The notes: generated by a model from the sequence alone, not told the origin. Positions 15,328 through 27,658 are shown, counted from the first letter of the stretch. The stretch is 30,429 bases of DNA from Nitrospirota bacterium (GCA_040754455.1 JBFMCP010000008.1:1-30429); one strand, 5' to 3'. Numbers and translations are program-made.

Positions 15328-18300
15328 ATGCAGCACGCGGATTTTGTCCCCCTCCATTTGCATACTGAATACAGTCTCCTGGACGGTGCCATTAAAATCG
15401 ATGAGCTTATCGACCAGGCGGTCGCCTTTAAACTGCCGGCGGTGGCGATCACCGACCACGGCAGCCTTTTCGGAGCCGTCGAATTTTATAAAAAGGCGAC
15501 GAAGAAGGGCATAAAGCCGATCATCGGCTGTGAAGTCTATGTCGCCCCCCAGAGCCGCTTTGACCGGGCGAAGACGAACCTCGACAGCAATCTCTCCGAA
15601 GAGGCGGCCTTTCATCTTATTCTGCTAGCGCGGGACGCCGCAGGCTATAAAAACCTTACCACACTCGTATCCAAAGCATACCTTGAAGGGTTTTACTATA
15701 AGCCGAGGATCGACAAAGACCTTCTCGAGCAGTACAGCGGCGGGCTCATCGGCCTCAGCGCCTGCCTCAAGGGGGAGGTCCCCTATTTTCTCAGGCACGG
15801 CAACAGAGATAAGGCGCGCGAATTGGCGCTGCAGTACAAGCATATCCTCGGACCCGAAAATTTCTATTTCGAGATCCAGCACAACGGACTCCCCGAGCAG
15901 GAGGAGGTCAATAAGCTGCTTATCGAGCTCGCCGAGGAGTTGCATATCCCGCTCGTGGCGACCAACGACTGCCACTATCTGCGACGTGACGACGCAAAGG
16001 CGCACGATATCCTCCTCTGCATACAGACCGGCAAGACTGTTAAGGATGAAAAGCGGCTCAAGATGTCGACGGACGAGTTTTATTTCAAATCGCCTGAAGA
16101 GATGAAGGAGGCCTTCAGCGATACGCCCGAGGCGATCCGGAATACCGTCAAGATCGCCGGGCGGTGCAACTACGAGTTCGTCCTCGGCAGGAATCTCCTG
16201 CCCCGCTATGAACTGCCGAACGGCGTTTCTCCTGACCATTACCTTGCAGAGCTGGCGTCCGCAGGGCTTGCAAAGAAGTTCAAGGGCGATGCTCCTGCGC
16301 CGTACCGCGACCGTCTCACGATGGAGTTGAGGGTCATCAAGAAGATGGGGTACTCCTCATATTTTCTGATCGTCTGGGATTTTATCAACTACGCACGCAC
16401 GCATGGCATCCCGGTCGGCCCCGGCAGAGGATCTGCCGCAGGCAGCCTTGTGGCATACTGCCTCGGCATAACAGAAATCGATCCCATCAGATATAACCTG
16501 CTCTTCGAGCGCTTTCTCAATCCCGAGCGGGTGAGCATGCCCGATATCGATGTGGATTTCTGCAAGGACCGGCGCGGCGAAGTGATCACCTATGTCGCAA
16601 AGAAATACGGCGACGACCATGTTGCCCAGATCATCACCTTCGGTACCATGGCGGCAAAGGCGGCCATCCGGGATGTGGGGAGGGTGCTCGATATCCCCTA
16701 TGCCGAAGTGGACCGGATAGCGAAGCTCGTCCCGAATAACGCGAGTATCGACGAGGCCATCAGGCTGGAGCCGCAGCTGAAGGAGCTCTATGAGAGTAAT
16801 GCAACGGTAAAAGAATTAATTGATATCGCGAAGAGGCTCGAAGGCCTTGCGCGGCATGCGTCGACGCACGCAGCGGGGGTGGTGATCGCACCCGAACCGC
16901 TGACCGACTTTACCGCGCTTTATAAGAACCCGGCTGAAGACGCGATCATCACGCAGTTCGATATGGGATCGATTGAGAGCGTGGGGCTTCTGAAGTTCGA
17001 TTTCCTGGGGTTGAAGACCCTGACCGTCCTCCAGAAGACCGTCGAGTATATACGGCAGCAGGGCAAGGAGCTTGTCCTTTCGGAAATCCCCCTCGATGAT
17101 GAGCCTACCTACAAGCTCCTCAGCGCTGGCGAGACGACCGGTATTTTCCAGCTCGAGAGCAGCGGCATGAGAGACATCCTTGTGAAGATGCAGCCGAACC
17201 GCTTTGAAGATCTCATCGCCCTCGTGGCGCTCTACCGTCCTGGGCCTATCGGCAGCGGCATGATCGACGATTTCATAAAGCGGAAAAAGGGAGAGACAGA
17301 AGTCGAATACGAGCTCGTGCAGCTGAAAGATATCCTCGATGAGACCTACGGCATTATCCTCTACCAGGAGCAGGTCATGAAGATCGCCAATGTGATCGCG
17401 AACTTCTCCCTCGGCCAGGCCGACCTTCTGAGGAGGGCGATGGGCAAGAAGAAGCCCGAGGAGATGGCGAAGCAGAAGGAGGTCTTCATCAGCGGAGCAC
17501 TTGCCAACAATATCCCTGAGAAGAAGGCTGAACGCCTCTTCGAGCTCATGGCGTTCTTTGCAGAATATGGGTTCAACAAATCACATTCCGCAGCCTATGC
17601 CTATCTCGCGTACCAGACCGCCTACCTGAAGGCGCACTACCCCGTCGAGTTCATGACTGCGAACCTGAGCGCCGATATGGGCGATACCGACAAGATCGTG
17701 AAGCTCATCGGTGAATGCAGAAGCATGGCGATCGATATTCTGCCGCCTGATATCAATGTGAGCGAACGGGAGTTCAAAATTTTCGGCAATTCGGTGCGGT
17801 TCGGCCTCGAGGCAGTAAAAGGCGTCGGTACCGCCGCGATCGAGATCATTCTCAACGAGCGGCAGAACGGTCTTTTTACCTCCTTCGAAGAGTTCCTCTC
17901 CCGTGTGGACAATAAAAAGGTCAATAAGAAAGTCATCGAGAGTCTTATCAAGGCAGGCGCTTTTGATTCGCTGTATACTGAACCGCCCTATAACAGTAAA
18001 TTCTGGGCGCGTTCGAAAGCAATGGATTCCCTCGCGGCTCCTGCAAAGCACAACTGCGGCCCCGGCCTTTTCGGCGATTTCGAGCCGGAGAGCTTGGTCG
18101 GGGCGTGGGACGAAAAAACCTTGTTGGGATACGAAAAGGAGGCACTCGGCTTCTATGTCTCGGGCCACCCCCTCTCGCGGTACCGGCGCACACTCGCGAC
18201 CATGGAGGTGCACCAGATCGCCGTTGTGGATGAAAAAGAGGACAGGGAAGAGGTCTGCATTGCCGGCATCATCAGCGATATGAAGAGCAAGGCAAAGGAA

Positions 18301-18732
18301 AAGGGCGTCACTGCATTTCTCTCTCTCGAGGACGAAACTGGCGGCTGCGATGTGCTGGTATTCCCTGCCCTGTACAAGGAACATGCCGATACCCTGAAGA
18401 AGGGGAATGTGGTGATGGTGCGGGGGCAGGTCTTCAGGGCCGAGAAGGGCAGCAAAGTGATGGCGCGGGATATCCGCGATCTGTCCGACCTCGAGATTAG
18501 CCAGAAGTATGAGGTGACCCTGCGCTGCAGCGACACGGAGAGGGCGAGTGACGCGATCAGACGTATACGGGGTCTCCTGGGCATTGCCACCAATGGAAAG
18601 AACAGTGTATCATTATGCTTCAGGGTATGCCTCCCTGAGTATTGCGTCATCATTGCATCGCAACTGGTACCGGCGAACAACTTTCTTTCAGAGGTCGAGA
18701 AGATCACCGGTGAGACGGTCAAAATTTACTAA
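15328..18732 (+). CDS. dnaE: DNA polymerase III alpha subunit
   Basis: PHP domain (HLHTEYSLLDG, ITDHG), GPGRGSAAGS, MPDIDVD, KFDFLGL, YGFNKSH, C-terminal OB fold. Confidence 0.99.
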   Translation: MQHADFVPLHLHTEYSLLDGAIKIDELIDQAVAFKLPAVAITDHGSLFGAVEFYKKATKKGIKPIIGCEVYVAPQSRFDRAKTNLDSNLSEEAAFHLILLARDAAGYKNLTTLVSKAYLEGFYYKPRIDKDLLEQYSGGLIGLSACLKGEVPYFLRHGNRDKARELALQYKHILGPENFYFEIQHNGLPEQEEVNKLLIELAEELHIPLVATNDCHYLRRDDAKAHDILLCIQTGKTVKDEKRLKMSTDEFYFKSPEEMKEAFSDTPEAIRNTVKIAGRCNYEFVLGRNLLPRYELPNGVSPDHYLAELASAGLAKKFKGDAPAPYRDRLTMELRVIKKMGYSSYFLIVWDFINYARTHGIPVGPGRGSAAGSLVAYCLGITEIDPIRYNLLFERFLNPERVSMPDIDVDFCKDRRGEVITYVAKKYGDDHVAQIITFGTMAAKAAIRDVGRVLDIPYAEVDRIAKLVPNNASIDEAIRLEPQLKELYESNATVKELIDIAKRLEGLARHASTHAAGVVIAPEPLTDFTALYKNPAEDAIITQFDMGSIESVGLLKFDFLGLKTLTVLQKTVEYIRQQGKELVLSEIPLDDEPTYKLLSAGETTGIFQLESSGMRDILVKMQPNRFEDLIALVALYRPGPIGSGMIDDFIKRKKGETEVEYELVQLKDILDETYGIILYQEQVMKIANVIANFSLGQADLLRRAMGKKKPEEMAKQKEVFISGALANNIPEKKAERLFELMAFFAEYGFNKSHSAAYAYLAYQTAYLKAHYPVEFMTANLSADMGDTDKIVKLIGECRSMAIDILPPDINVSEREFKIFGNSVRFGLEAVKGVGTAAIEIILNERQNGLFTSFEEFLSRVDNKKVNKKVIESLIKAGAFDSLYTEPPYNSKFWARSKAMDSLAAPAKHNCGPGLFGDFEPESLVGAWDEKTLLGYEKEALGFYVSGHPLSRYRRTLATMEVHQIAVVDEKEDREEVCIAGIISDMKSKAKEKGVTAFLSLEDETGGCDVLVFPALYKEHADTLKKGNVVMVRGQVFRAEKGSKVMARDIRDLSDLEISQKYEVTLRCSDTERASDAIRRIRGLLGIATNGKNSVSLCFRVCLPEYCVIIASQLVPANNFLSEVEKITGETVKIY

Positions 18733-18814
18733 AATCAAAATGCAAAAGAAAAATTTGAAAATAAGGAATTCTCCCGCCCTATTTTTGAATTTTTCATTTT
18801 ACATTTTTAATTGG
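18731..18814. repeat. Intergenic heptamer-repeat inverted arms
   Basis: AAAATC-AAAATGC-AAAAG... left arm facing GAATTTT-TCATTTT-ACATTTT-TAATT right arm. Confidence 0.55.
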
Positions 18815-18827
18815 AGCAACGCGACGT

Positions 18828-19785
18828 ATGAGTTATTACCTAGAGTTTGAAAAGCCGTTGGAAGAGCTTGAGACCAAAATCGAGGAGCTGAAGAGGCTCT
18901 CCGACGATAAAGAGATCGATATCACCTCCGAGATCAAGCGCCTCGAGAAAAAGGCGAAGGAGCTGCGATCGGAAATATTCTCCAGCCTGACGCCCTGGCA
19001 GAAGACTCTGATTGCCCGCCATCCCGAACGGCCCTATACGCTTGATTACATCAACATGCTTGTCGAGGATTTCGTCGAGCTCCACGGAGACCGGCGCTTC
19101 GGTGATGACCGTGCGATTGTGGGCGGCATCGGCAGGATCAACGGCATACCGATGATGATCATCGGCCACCAGAAGGGGAGGGGAACGAAGGAGCGGATCG
19201 CCAGGAATTTCGGCCAGCCCAACCCCGAAGGGTACCGCAAGGCACTACGCCTGATGAAGCTGGCTGAACGGTTTAGAACGCCGATTGTGACGCTCATCGA
19301 CACCCCCGGGGCGTTTCCCGGCATCGGTGCGGAAGAGCGGGGCCAGGCTGAAGCCATTGCCACCAATCTGATGGAGATGGCGCGGCTGAAGACGCCGATC
19401 GTCTCGATCGTCATCGGCGAGGGGGGCAGCGGCGGCGCCCTCGCCCTGAGTGTTGCGGACAGGCTCTACATGCTCGAGCTGTCGGTCTATTCGGTCATCT
19501 CACCCGAAGGGTGCGCTGCTATCCTGTGGAGAAAGAACGGCGACCTCTCGTCAGAAGATTTCTCGAGAGCGGCCGAGGCGCTGAAACTGACTGCTCAGGA
19601 CCTCAAAGCCTTTAAAATTATCGACGATATCATTCCCGAACCGCTCGGCGGCGCGCATCGCGACCCTGAGGCGACGGCAAAACGGATCGCCGAGTATATC
19701 ATCAAATCGGTGGAAACGCTTAAGACAAAGAATCCCGCAAAGCTGATCGAAGAGCGGTACAAAAAGATCCGCAAGATCGGCTGCC

Positions 19786-19805
<20 letters not shown>
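18828..19805 (+). CDS. accA: Acetyl-CoA carboxylase carboxyltransferase alpha
   Basis: [55 protein letters not shown]. Confidence 0.99.
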
Positions 19806-20691
<886 letters not shown>

Positions 20692-20728
20692 TCCCTTATT
20701 TTAAAACAGAAGAAATACGTGGTCAAAT

Positions 20729-20772
20729 AAAAAAGCCGTCAATCATGCGGTGTCTGCCGGCTGACGGCTCTT
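20729..20772 (-). terminator. Intrinsic terminator downstream of the Ig-repeat gene
   Basis: AGCCGTCA / TGACGGCT stem with T6 on the minus strand. Confidence 0.6.
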
Positions 20773-20786
20773 TCTGATTAGAAACG

Positions 20787-22598
20787 CTACTGGCGCAGCG
20801 TAATGGATATGGCGTTCTTCTCTTTCTCTACATGGTATTTGACCGGCTTGAGCAGCTCGATCCTGATCACCACCGTATCCTTGTCCTTTTCATCCTCTTC
20901 AACGGAAACATTGCCGACGAAGGTGGAGTCGAACTTGAGCGACTTTTCCACCTTGCTTGCGGGGGGATGGATTCTGAGCACGATCCATTTCTTCCCGTCT
21001 GCGGTTTCGGTAGCTACATCATACTTTACGGTAGCGTCAAGATTTGGTATGTGCACTGTTACGGTAGATTTTTTCTTTGATTCGACGAGAGAGATATTGG
21101 TAATTTCGAAGGTCTTCGTCTTTACCTTTGCTGTTTTTTTCTCAACCTTTTTCACTGCTCCCTCTTTGGCCTTTTTGGCCTTCTTGGCCGGCTGTTTTGC
21201 AGGAGGACATGCAGTTGGCGCCTTGGGCTGTGGTTTCTCTACTGCTGCCGGTGCTGGCTTTTTCACTGCAGGCGATGGCTGGGGAATTGAGGGCGTTGTG
21301 GTTTTTGCAGGTGAAGCGATGATTGAGAAGGCCTCTGATTTGTTGTACTGCACTTCGACAACGGTCGTGCCGTTGACGAATTCGGAAGCAGGAATCTTGT
21401 TCGGTATCAGTGTACCAGTGCCGGTGGTCGACAGGAGCACATCCGGGCCGACGAGGTTGTAATTCTTGATAACATGACCGAGCTGGTTATAAACCGTGAT
21501 CTTGATCTTGAACTTCTGGCCCGCGACGGCGGATTCAGGCACCGTCACTTCATAACGCTCAGGTATCGGCGATACGACACGGATCGTGTCGGTCGTTCCC
21601 TTCGGCCCCTTGCCGGTTTCCGTGACCGTCAACGTAATATCTTCTGCGACATCGTAGCGCAGATCCACCTTTGCCTGACCGTTCACGAATTCGTATGCCG
21701 GAATGGTGGACGGAAAGGGTTTCAATTTCCCTGAGGTGGTGATGGTAACGCCGCTGCCGGTGGTTGCGTAGTTTGTCACTACATTATTAAAACGGTCGAC
21801 GGCGACGATAGAGAGGTCAAAGGGTTCTCCTGCGATCACCTCTTTCGGGGCAAAAATTTTGAAGGCGCTCACCGGACCGCTGGTGATTTCGATCTTGTCG
21901 CTGATGCCGGTGCTTCCGGTGATCAGGTCTTTTACTTCAATTTGCGCAGTGCCTGCTTTCTGTGAGACGAGGGTGACAGTGCTGGCGCCGCCCTTGAGGT
22001 CGGGAATGGCAGGCATGTCGATCTTCGGCTCGGCGTTACCCTTGAAGATCAGGTTGAGATTCTTTCCGGGGATAGGCTCTGTAACGGTATTTCCGAAGGC
22101 GTCTTTGGCGATGATCTTTATGTCAAAGGGTTCTCCTGCCTGCGCTCTGCGGGGTTCTTTCACGGCAAAGGAGTTCAGCTTGTTGGGAAGGACGACAACC
22201 TCTTTCATCACGATAGGAATCGGGCTCCCGGCTTCGCGAATGGTGAGCGCAACTGTTTCTGCTGTTTTGTCGATGAGCGAGAGGGTCAACGATCCTTTTA
22301 CAAAGGATGATGCCTTGAAAGCGGACGGTTTCACCACTGCCGAACCGGGGGCTGAGATCTGGAACTCCCGCTCCGTCTCCCCGAAGTTGGCGATGACGTT
22401 GTTGAAGGCATCCACTGCTTGCAGTTTTATCATCGCTTCTTCTCCCGCGATGATTCTGTCAGGCATCGAAACATTGAAGTGATCGAATTTTCCAGGCTTT
22501 ATAACAATCTCTGCAGAGGAGACGAAAGAGGGGACTGCAAAGGCCAGGGTTATCAGTAATTGTACAAAGAACCACCGTCTGCGCTTTTTTTGCATCAT
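20787..22598 (-). CDS. Exported protein with four Ig-like repeats, P/A/K-rich linker and AMIN-like C-terminal domain
   Basis: Signal peptide (MMQKKRRRWFF...VSSA) and four ~100-aa repeats of F.V..P....AG..F.I.I.A.D.F.N. A low-complexity linker precedes a beta-rich C-domain ending VVIRIELLKPVKYHV...ISITL. Confidence 0.8.
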   Translation of the reverse strand: MMQKKRRRWFFVQLLITLAFAVPSFVSSAEIVIKPGKFDHFNVSMPDRIIAGEEAMIKLQAVDAFNNVIANFGETEREFQISAPGSAVVKPSAFKASSFVKGSLTLSLIDKTAETVALTIREAGSPIPIVMKEVVVLPNKLNSFAVKEPRRAQAGEPFDIKIIAKDAFGNTVTEPIPGKNLNLIFKGNAEPKIDMPAIPDLKGGASTVTLVSQKAGTAQIEVKDLITGSTGISDKIEITSGPVSAFKIFAPKEVIAGEPFDLSIVAVDRFNNVVTNYATTGSGVTITTSGKLKPFPSTIPAYEFVNGQAKVDLRYDVAEDITLTVTETGKGPKGTTDTIRVVSPIPERYEVTVPESAVAGQKFKIKITVYNQLGHVIKNYNLVGPDVLLSTTGTGTLIPNKIPASEFVNGTTVVEVQYNKSEAFSIIASPAKTTTPSIPQPSPAVKKPAPAAVEKPQPKAPTACPPAKQPAKKAKKAKEGAVKKVEKKTAKVKTKTFEITNISLVESKKKSTVTVHIPNLDATVKYDVATETADGKKWIVLRIHPPASKVEKSLKFDSTFVGNVSVEEDEKDKDTVVIRIELLKPVKYHVEKEKNAISITLRQ

Positions 22599-22608
22599 AC
22601 CAGAGAAC

Positions 22609-22671
22609 CCCCTATAAATTTTAAATGTGTTATTTTTTGAGATGAGTATATCATAATAGCCCCTATAAATT
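22609..22671. repeat. 12-bp direct repeat CCCCTATAAATT
   Basis: Exact copies at 22609-22620 and 22660-22671 in an AT-rich divergent promoter region. Confidence 0.6.
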
Positions 22672-22831
22672 GTATATAGTGTGCAGTATAGTAGCACAAC
22701 AAATTAAAATTTACCACAAAAGAAAAAAATATGCGTATATTATTTTCGGCTGATATATCCGAGAGGTTTAATCCGCTTAGAAATGGCCTGCTTTTCTTGA
22801 AAAAACGAGGGGGTATTTGATAGTATTAAGG

Positions 22832-23236
22832 ATGCCTGAGGAGAGAGGGAAGGCAAGCCTATTGCTGAGAGTCATCGCAAAAGTGGTAGATTTTCTCGTG
22901 ATAGCTGCCGCGATGAAGACTGTCCCTCAGGTCGGATATTTTGCCGGGCTCGTGTACCTTCTCATCAGTGACGGGCTTTTTGACGGAAGGAGCTTGGGGA
23001 AGAAGCTCATAGGACTGAAAGTTGTTTCGCTGCCCGCAGGAAACCAGGGAAGCATTAAAGATTCGGTAGTGAGAAATATCACCTTTTTTCTGCCCCTCCT
23101 GTTGTATAATATACCCCTGTTGGGATGGCTTTTCGTAGCAGTGGTCCTCACCTTTGAGTTTCTCCTGATGCTGGGAAATACTGAAGGGATGAGGCTTGGC
23201 GATGACCTGGCGAATACGAAAGTGATCGAGGGATAA
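22832..23236 (+). CDS. RDD-family membrane protein
   Basis: ASLLLRVIAKVVD, GRSLGKKLIGLKVV, VRN, RLGDDLANTKVI. Confidence 0.88.
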   Translation: MPEERGKASLLLRVIAKVVDFLVIAAAMKTVPQVGYFAGLVYLLISDGLFDGRSLGKKLIGLKVVSLPAGNQGSIKDSVVRNITFFLPLLLYNIPLLGWLFVAVVLTFEFLLMLGNTEGMRLGDDLANTKVIEG

Positions 23237-23240
23237 GCTG

Positions 23241-23343
23241 GTTCATAGTTCACCGTTCATAGTTCATGGCTCATACTGTAAGAGTGAGGCCGTTGTAAAA
23301 CTGTGAACCGAAAACTGTGAATCCAAAACTGTGAATGGTGAAC
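23241..23343. repeat. Intergenic heptamer-repeat inverted arms
   Basis: GTTCATA-GTTCACC-GTTCATA-GTTCATG-GCTCATA (23241-23275) facing three AAAACTGTGAAnnn units plus TGAAC (23297-23343). Confidence 0.8.
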
Positions 23344-23363
23344 GAATCTATAGGAGGAAGTAA

Positions 23364-24394
<1,031 letters not shown>

Positions 24395-24395
<1 letters not shown>

Positions 24396-25183
24396 TGTCG
24401 AAGGGTAAAAAGAGACTCCTCATCCTTCTCGCTCTTTTCTCCGTAGCCCTGACATTGATGAGCTTTCAGCACGGCAGAAGGCCGGTATCTTTTACCGAGG
24501 TCGTGTCCTATCCCTATGACGTGCTCAACCGGTTTACCGCCCACCTTATGCTCTCATTCAAAAAGGCGCGTACGACTTTCGACGAGAATGAGCGCATGAA
24601 AAAGGAACTGACGCAGTTGCTTATCGAGCGGCAACGGTACAACGAGATCATCCAGGAGAACAAGCGGCTCAAGGAGCTACTGCAGCTGAAGGAGCACCAG
24701 CCGCGAGTGATTGCGGCGGCGAAGGTGATCGCGCGCGGCTATGACCGCCTGCTGAGTACTGTTATTATCGACAAGGGCAGAGCAGCCGGCATCGAGAAGG
24801 GCATGGCGGTGATTACCACCAGAGGGCTCGTGGGAAAGGTCTATACGGTGAGGGATGACTTCTCAGACGTGCTGCTTATGAAGGACTCCAATTTCTCCGT
24901 TGCCGTCCGCTTGCAGAACAGCAGGCAGGAGGGCGTCGTTTCGGGAACAGGACTCGACCGCTATCTTCTCAAATATGTGCCCCCTGAGGGATCGGTAACA
25001 AAAGGGGAAGTTGTGGTCACCTCGGGCCTTGATGGTGTGTTCCCCGAGGGAATTCCGGTCGGCGTGGTGGGCACGGTGAAGAGGGAGGGGGTTGAATTCT
25101 TCCAGCATATAGAAGTGGTGCCCTTTCAGTCGAGCGCGACGATTGAAGAGGTCATCGTCCTCAAGAAAGAGGGAGGCCGATAG
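24395..25183 (+). CDS. mreC: Rod shape-determining protein MreC
   Basis: TM, coiled coil (ENKRLKELL), IDKG...GI..GM.V, VVTSGLDGVFPEGIPVG. Confidence 0.96.
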
Positions 25184-25229
25184 CAGGGAAGGGATCTGCC
25201 CTTTCCGCGCCTATGGTCGGGAGCCGGTC

Positions 25230-25721
25230 ATGAAAATGCTAAAGTGGATGCTGCTTGTCGCTCTGATCTTCCTGATACAAACGCAGTTTTCTTCATTAAA
25301 GAACTTTTTCAACGGTGCAGTTATCCTGGTCTATCTCTTCGGATTGAAGAGCCGCCAGGACATCTCCCTGCACGGCTATTTCAGCAGCAAGACCGAGATC
25401 AAGAGTACGCTCTTCGGCGCTTTCCTCGGGCTCGCGGAGGATATCCTTTCCGGGTCTATCATCGGTCCTGGCCTGTTGAGCAAGGGGCTGCTCGGGCTCA
25501 TAGCGCCGGTGATTTTCACCGATATGGTATTCAGATGGACTCCTCTGTGGGGAGGCATCGTCATGGCACTCTTTACGCTTATTGACGGCGGCATCATCAT
25601 AGGCTCGAGGGTTCTTTTTACCGGAATAGAGATCAGCGGCTTCACCGCTTTTCAGGTGATGGTAGTCCAGGCGGTGATGAGTATCCCTTTTGGTATAATA
25701 GTAAAGCCGCAGACCGCTTAG
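25230..25721 (+). CDS. mreD: Rod shape-determining protein MreD
   Basis: Hydrophobic ~163 aa, GAFLGLAEDILSG motif, position between mreC and mrdA. ATG 25230 with SD GGGAG. Confidence 0.85.
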   Translation: MKMLKWMLLVALIFLIQTQFSSLKNFFNGAVILVYLFGLKSRQDISLHGYFSSKTEIKSTLFGAFLGLAEDILSGSIIGPGLLSKGLLGLIAPVIFTDMVFRWTPLWGGIVMALFTLIDGGIIIGSRVLFTGIEISGFTAFQVMVVQAVMSIPFGIIVKPQTA

Positions 25722-25804
25722 CAGATGCTGTCCTGTGCTCTCTGAGAGGATTATTTTGCGCAAGGAGGATCGGAATCACGGAATCCTTTGATCTACAGAA
25801 CAAG

Positions 25805-27658
25805 ATGCTTTTGAAGAGACTGAAGTTAAGCTCCTACCTCGTCGCCGTCATCTTTGTTTTCCTCTGTTTCAAACTTTTTCAATTGCAGATATTGGAAGGG
25901 AACCGGTACCGCCAGTTGTCCGAGAGCAATCGGCTGCGCATCGTAAAGACCCCTGCACCCCGGGGCATCATCTATGACCGGAATGGCAAGGCGCTGGTGA
26001 AAAACGTGCCCTTCTTCAGCGTCTCTGTACATCCCGATGATCTCAAGCGCCTCGATCTGGACGCCCTTTCCGCGTTTCTTGGCATCGATAAGAAAGAGAT
26101 TGAAGATAAGATGAACAAAAAGGACAACAGCCCTTTTATTCCGCTGAAGCTCAAACAGGGATTGAACTTTGATGAGATCGCCCGGATCGAAGCGGGAAAA
26201 TCGGATTTCCCCGGCCTCTTTGTCGAAACCGAGGTCGGCAGGGAATATCTCTACGGCAAGACCGGCGGCCACGTTATCGGCTATCTTGGCAAAATGACGC
26301 CCGCCCAATTCGAGACGCCCGAGCTCAGGGACTTTCCTCCCGACGGCCTCATTGGACAGTGGGGAGTCGAGGGACTGTATGATAATGTGCTCAGGGGGAC
26401 GCCGGGAGAAAAGCTGATCGAGGTGGATGCCCTCGGCCGTGAGCTGCGCATGGTACAGCAGAAGTCAGCAATCAAAGGACAGGATATTTCCCTGAGCATT
26501 GATATTGATATCCAGAAAGCGGTGGAAGACGCCTTTGGTGAAAAGGCCGGAGCCCTCATTGCTATAAAGCCTGATACCGGTGAGATCCTTGCCCTCGAGA
26601 GCCTCCCTTCCTTTGACCCCAATATTTTTTCGAGAGGCATCAAATATCAGGATTGGGTGGCGCTCATGGAAGACAAGAGAAAGCCGATGCTGAACAGGGC
26701 GCTCCAGAGCCAGTATCCGCCCGGCTCCACCTTTAAGATCATCACCGGGGCCGCTGCCCTTGAAGAGGGTGTGATCGAGACGAGCCAGAAGATCAGCTGC
26801 ACCGGCGGCATAGGATACGGACGCTGGACCTTCGGCTGCTGGAAAAAGAAAGGCCACGGCATGGTCGATTTCCATAAAGCGCTCGTCGAGTCCTGCGATA
26901 CCTATTTTTACGAGGTCGGCAGGAGGCTCGGGATCGACAAGATCCATTACTATGCGACGGTGCTTGGCCTTGGAAAAGAGACAGGATTTAACCTGCTGGT
27001 CAAGGAGCGGAAGGGATTGATCCCCAGCACGCAATGGAAACAAGAAAAGAGAGGGCAACCCTGGTATCTCGGCGAGACGTACAATTCCGCAATAGGACAG
27101 GGGTATGTGACGGTTACACCGATCCAGATGGCAAGAATGCTCGCAACCTTTGTCAACGGCGGGACGATATACCCCCTCACCTTGGAAAAGGGCGGAAGCA
27201 AGCCGATCGGCCGGGTAGAACTGAAACCGGAAACCATAAGCATTATCAAGGATGCCCTCGCCGGAGTGGTGAATGAGCCCGGCGGCACTGCCCACGGCTC
27301 GATGTCGACCCACGTCGTTATCGGAGGGAAGACCGGAACCGCACAGGTAGTGGGCAAGCAGAAGGGGTTTAAAGGCGAAAAGTTTGAAGACCACGCATGG
27401 TTTGTCGCCTTCGCCCCTGTGGAAAAACCCGAAATAGCACTCACCGTTTTTGTCGAGCACGGCGGACATGGAGGATCGGCTGCCGCCCCGGTCGCCAAGA
27501 AAGCTATTGAGGCATATCTGATAAAGCAGAAGCCGGAGCAGCAGCCCCCTGCGGAGAAACAAAAGACCGATGCTGTGCCTCCGGCTGAAAACAAGTCTGC
27601 CCCCGAAAAGAAGCAGAATCCCGCGGCAGTTCAGGCAACGACAGGAGTACAGGGATGA
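25805..27658 (+). CDS. mrdA: Penicillin-binding protein 2
   Basis: APRGIIYDRNG, YPPGSTFK (SxxK), SCD, KTG. Confidence 0.97.
   Translation: MLLKRLKLSSYLVAVIFVFLCFKLFQLQILEGNRYRQLSESNRLRIVKTPAPRGIIYDRNGKALVKNVPFFSVSVHPDDLKRLDLDALSAFLGIDKKEIEDKMNKKDNSPFIPLKLKQGLNFDEIARIEAGKSDFPGLFVETEVGREYLYGKTGGHVIGYLGKMTPAQFETPELRDFPPDGLIGQWGVEGLYDNVLRGTPGEKLIEVDALGRELRMVQQKSAIKGQDISLSIDIDIQKAVEDAFGEKAGALIAIKPDTGEILALESLPSFDPNIFSRGIKYQDWVALMEDKRKPMLNRALQSQYPPGSTFKIITGAAALEEGVIETSQKISCTGGIGYGRWTFGCWKKKGHGMVDFHKALVESCDTYFYEVGRRLGIDKIHYYATVLGLGKETGFNLLVKERKGLIPSTQWKQEKRGQPWYLGETYNSAIGQGYVTVTPIQMARMLATFVNGGTIYPLTLEKGGSKPIGRVELKPETISIIKDALAGVVNEPGGTAHGSMSTHVVIGGKTGTAQVVGKQKGFKGEKFEDHAWFVAFAPVEKPEIALTVFVEHGGHGGSAAAPVAKKAIEAYLIKQKPEQQPPAEKQKTDAVPPAENKSAPEKKQNPAAVQATTGVQG

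Noticed and set aside
15328..18732. Intein or split in dnaE
   Set aside because: The length (1134 aa) and continuous motifs fit an uninterrupted alpha subunit.
23241..23343. CRISPR array
   Set aside because: Units are 7-14 bp with no unique spacers, and no cas genes are present in the window.
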